Positions 61,469 to 64,000 of a DNA stretch of 64,000 nt are shown piece after piece. The translations under genes were made by a program, and so were the position numbers. Position 1 is the stretch's first letter. Every line of letters begins with the position of its first letter. This DNA is from the human T2T-CHM13v2.0 reference genome, Homo sapiens: NCBI RefSeq assembly GCF_009914755.1, contig NC_060928.1; one strand, written 5' to 3'. The notes beneath the pieces are model-generated. The model had not been told where the DNA came from and made no database searches. It worked only from the letters and a program-made list of their open reading frames with translations.

Positions 61469-63022
61469 TTCAGACCAATGGTCTCACCACTTCGAAAATA
61501 TCTTCTTAAAGATAATTTTGTTAATGTTACATGTGTTTAGAAAGCCTTAGTTATATTTAAGAGGCATCTATTGGAAATGATAAAACCCCAACACACTCAA
61601 AATTCAAACAAGCGTTAATTTAATCCAATAAATATTTATAGCTGGAAGAAAGTTTCTCCTATAAATTCTTTAAAGCAGGATCACAGAATTTGAAGACCAA
61701 GAATAGGCAGTATTATGGTATCACAGTAAATATCTTTTCAATCACTTAAATTTCTCAATTAAAGTATAACAAATACATCAAGACCCCTACTTGAAGTGCC
61801 TGGTATTGAGTCTCACATTAATAATCTGATATTATTGTCCCTTTCTCTAAATTCCTAGTGAACTTCATTCTACTGTAGAATAGAACTGAAAATCAAAAGA
61901 AGGCATAGCATGGTGAACTGATTTACTCAACATTGTTTTTCAGTGTATTAGTCCTTCTGCCCCCAAACCATGCTTTTTCTCAAGTTTTGTCTTGGGAAAG
62001 GAAACATTAATTTCTGATGGCAAATAACCAGCCAAGATAATTTCAAATACATTGTGTAAATACAGTTGAGCTATGGTTCCCCCCATCTTTGAAAAAATGC
62101 TACAAGTTTAATTAAAAGTCTTTTAAGTGTAACAATATCTCACTATGCTCAACTCAGTTCACTAACTTTGTTAGAAAAAAGTTGCAGAAGGTAAGGAAAA
62201 GCTTAGAATTTCTGCTGTTTTAACTGTGGTTCTCTCAGATTTGTAACTTTCTTTTCATTGAAAATAAACACTAAGACCTTCTTTAATGGTCATTTCTACC
62301 TCATCCTCTGTCTTCAGAAACAAAAGGTAATTTAATTTTTTTCTTTTCAGTTTATTTAAATTTCAGCCTCTAATGGCACACACAGTAAATCCTCCACATT
62401 ATTTTTTTCCAAATATTTTTCTGTTATTTTTGTGTATACTAAGGATGCATGAAAGAGAATGTATGGGAAAGGGTGTTTCACTTTACTGATGTTTGCTATT
62501 CAAATCTCTACCACCCAGAAAATTGTTTGTTATGGAATTTATAGTGTGGTTTTGCACCAATAATCCAAGCCATGTGTTCAGATTTTATGGTGAAAAAAAA
62601 AATGCAGCAGATGCAAGATATCCTATTAGGGTCAAAACCTAGACAGTGCATCTCAAATCAAAAGGATAAAATTAGATGATCAGGACTTTCAGTTTTTGTT
62701 AAAGATAAAGGGAGTATTGAGGGCCTGTCCAACACTCCCTATTCTAGTAAAGAATGGATGAAAGGAGGTGGGAAAGTGTCTATGGGTGGGATTGGGAGAG
62801 AGAGAGAAACAGCCATGCTTTATTGCTTAAGACAATTTTTTTAATGTCCTAGAGGAAGCAGCAGGGAAGTGTCAGAGTGACTGAGATGTCAAAGAAATAA
62901 TCTCACAAAAGAAATGCTGCATTTGAAGCAAGGAGCCGCTTCTCATTAATGTCTACCCGCTAGCAAATGGTTAGGGTCAGAAACATGTACATTCTCCAAA
63001 ACTGCCTTCAGTTGGAAGACAA

Positions 63023-63024
<2 letters not shown>

Positions 63025-63082
<58 letters not shown>

Positions 63083-63085
63083 ATA
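63025..63085. repeat. (AT)23 dinucleotide microsatellite followed by (GTAT)n
   Basis: Uninterrupted AT at 63025-63070. Confidence 0.97.
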
Positions 63086-64000
63086 AAGGAGCTCAAACAA
63101 GTATTAAATAACTCTGCAGAGTCAGCCATTGAAATGTTTAAAATAAAACAATCTTTGGGACAATTCATCTGGACAATAAATGCCTCTGCTTGAAAAAGCG
63201 TCTGGAGTTGAGGTTCTTTTATTGTGAACGACAGGAAGGACTTAACTGGAGGAAAGCTAATGACCTTGTTTCTACATTCCTCAGACATCAGTCGTCTGCC
63301 AGAAAATCGCCTATGAGGTTGAGGCAGTGACGGTTTAAAATGGCCAGGGAGAAAGTCTACAGAGAAAATGAGCTGCAGCTTCAGTGGCAGTTTCTAAAAA
63401 TGTTGGTGAATATTTCCGCTATGGAGCAAAGCAACACACGTTCCACTATCTGCTACCAGAGCTAAGCCGCTGGCCAAGATGCAAAGCTCTTTGAGAAATT
63501 ATTCTTTCTGTTTTAAAAAATTCTTTTCTATTTCCATCAACCCCGAGTAAACTTCCTCCAAGAAAGTTAAAACATCAGATGAGTGAAAATCCTTTGGTAG
63601 GAAAATCAAAGGATCTTTCTTGTTGGAGTAAAGAGAAATGTTAGAACGGGAAAATCTCCAGTCTTCCCTCATATCGTACTTTGTGTGTCTCTTCTCCCAA
63701 ACTAGGATAACTGTTTCAGGCAACGTCAGCAGCTTGGTCTTTTGCTCTGAGGGTGCAACATTCTCTCTAGATTTATTTCAATAAATGTTTGTTGAACTCA
63801 CAAGAGTGAGTTTTTGCATTAGACTAAAAAGTATATGCAGCTAGGGAAAAATGTCTGGTTAGTTGTCAAAAAACGACTGCTACAGTCTTTCTTTCACATT
63901 TGAAATTGGACAAATCCTCAATCCCTTTAGACTTTCTTAGGATTGTGTGAAATACGATAATAAACATGAAATTGCTTCATAACTTGCAAAGCAAAATGTA

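Noticed and set aside
63499-63723. 74-aa minus-strand ORF with protein-like composition
   Set aside because: Non-ATG start, no motif and no supporting splice structure. Consistent with chance.

Overview
Catarrhine primate (most likely human) genomic DNA containing the 3' end of GALNTL6 (polypeptide N-acetylgalactosaminyltransferase-like 6, paralog of GALNT10) on the + strand. The last three coding exons (20592-20708, 32890-33039, 51339-51506) encode the C-terminal ricin-type lectin domain and are followed by a 3' UTR of up to about 1.45 kb. The rest is intron and downstream intergenic sequence rich in interspersed repeats: about 25 Alus, L1, L2, L3 and MIR fragments, MaLR/ERV LTRs including a complete two-LTR THE1 element, DNA-transposon fossils and microsatellites. 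Almost all supplied ORFs are repeat-derived or chance. I found no convincing undescribed biological system. The best leads are modest and testable: a sense THE1 LTR with a canonical DUX4 motif and splice donor, candidate alternative splice and poly(A) configurations of the lectin exons, a candidate antisense micro-exon, and several unusual insertion or repair scars. Repeat subfamily names come from recalled consensus sequences, and repeat boundaries are approximate unless target-site duplications (TSDs) are cited.
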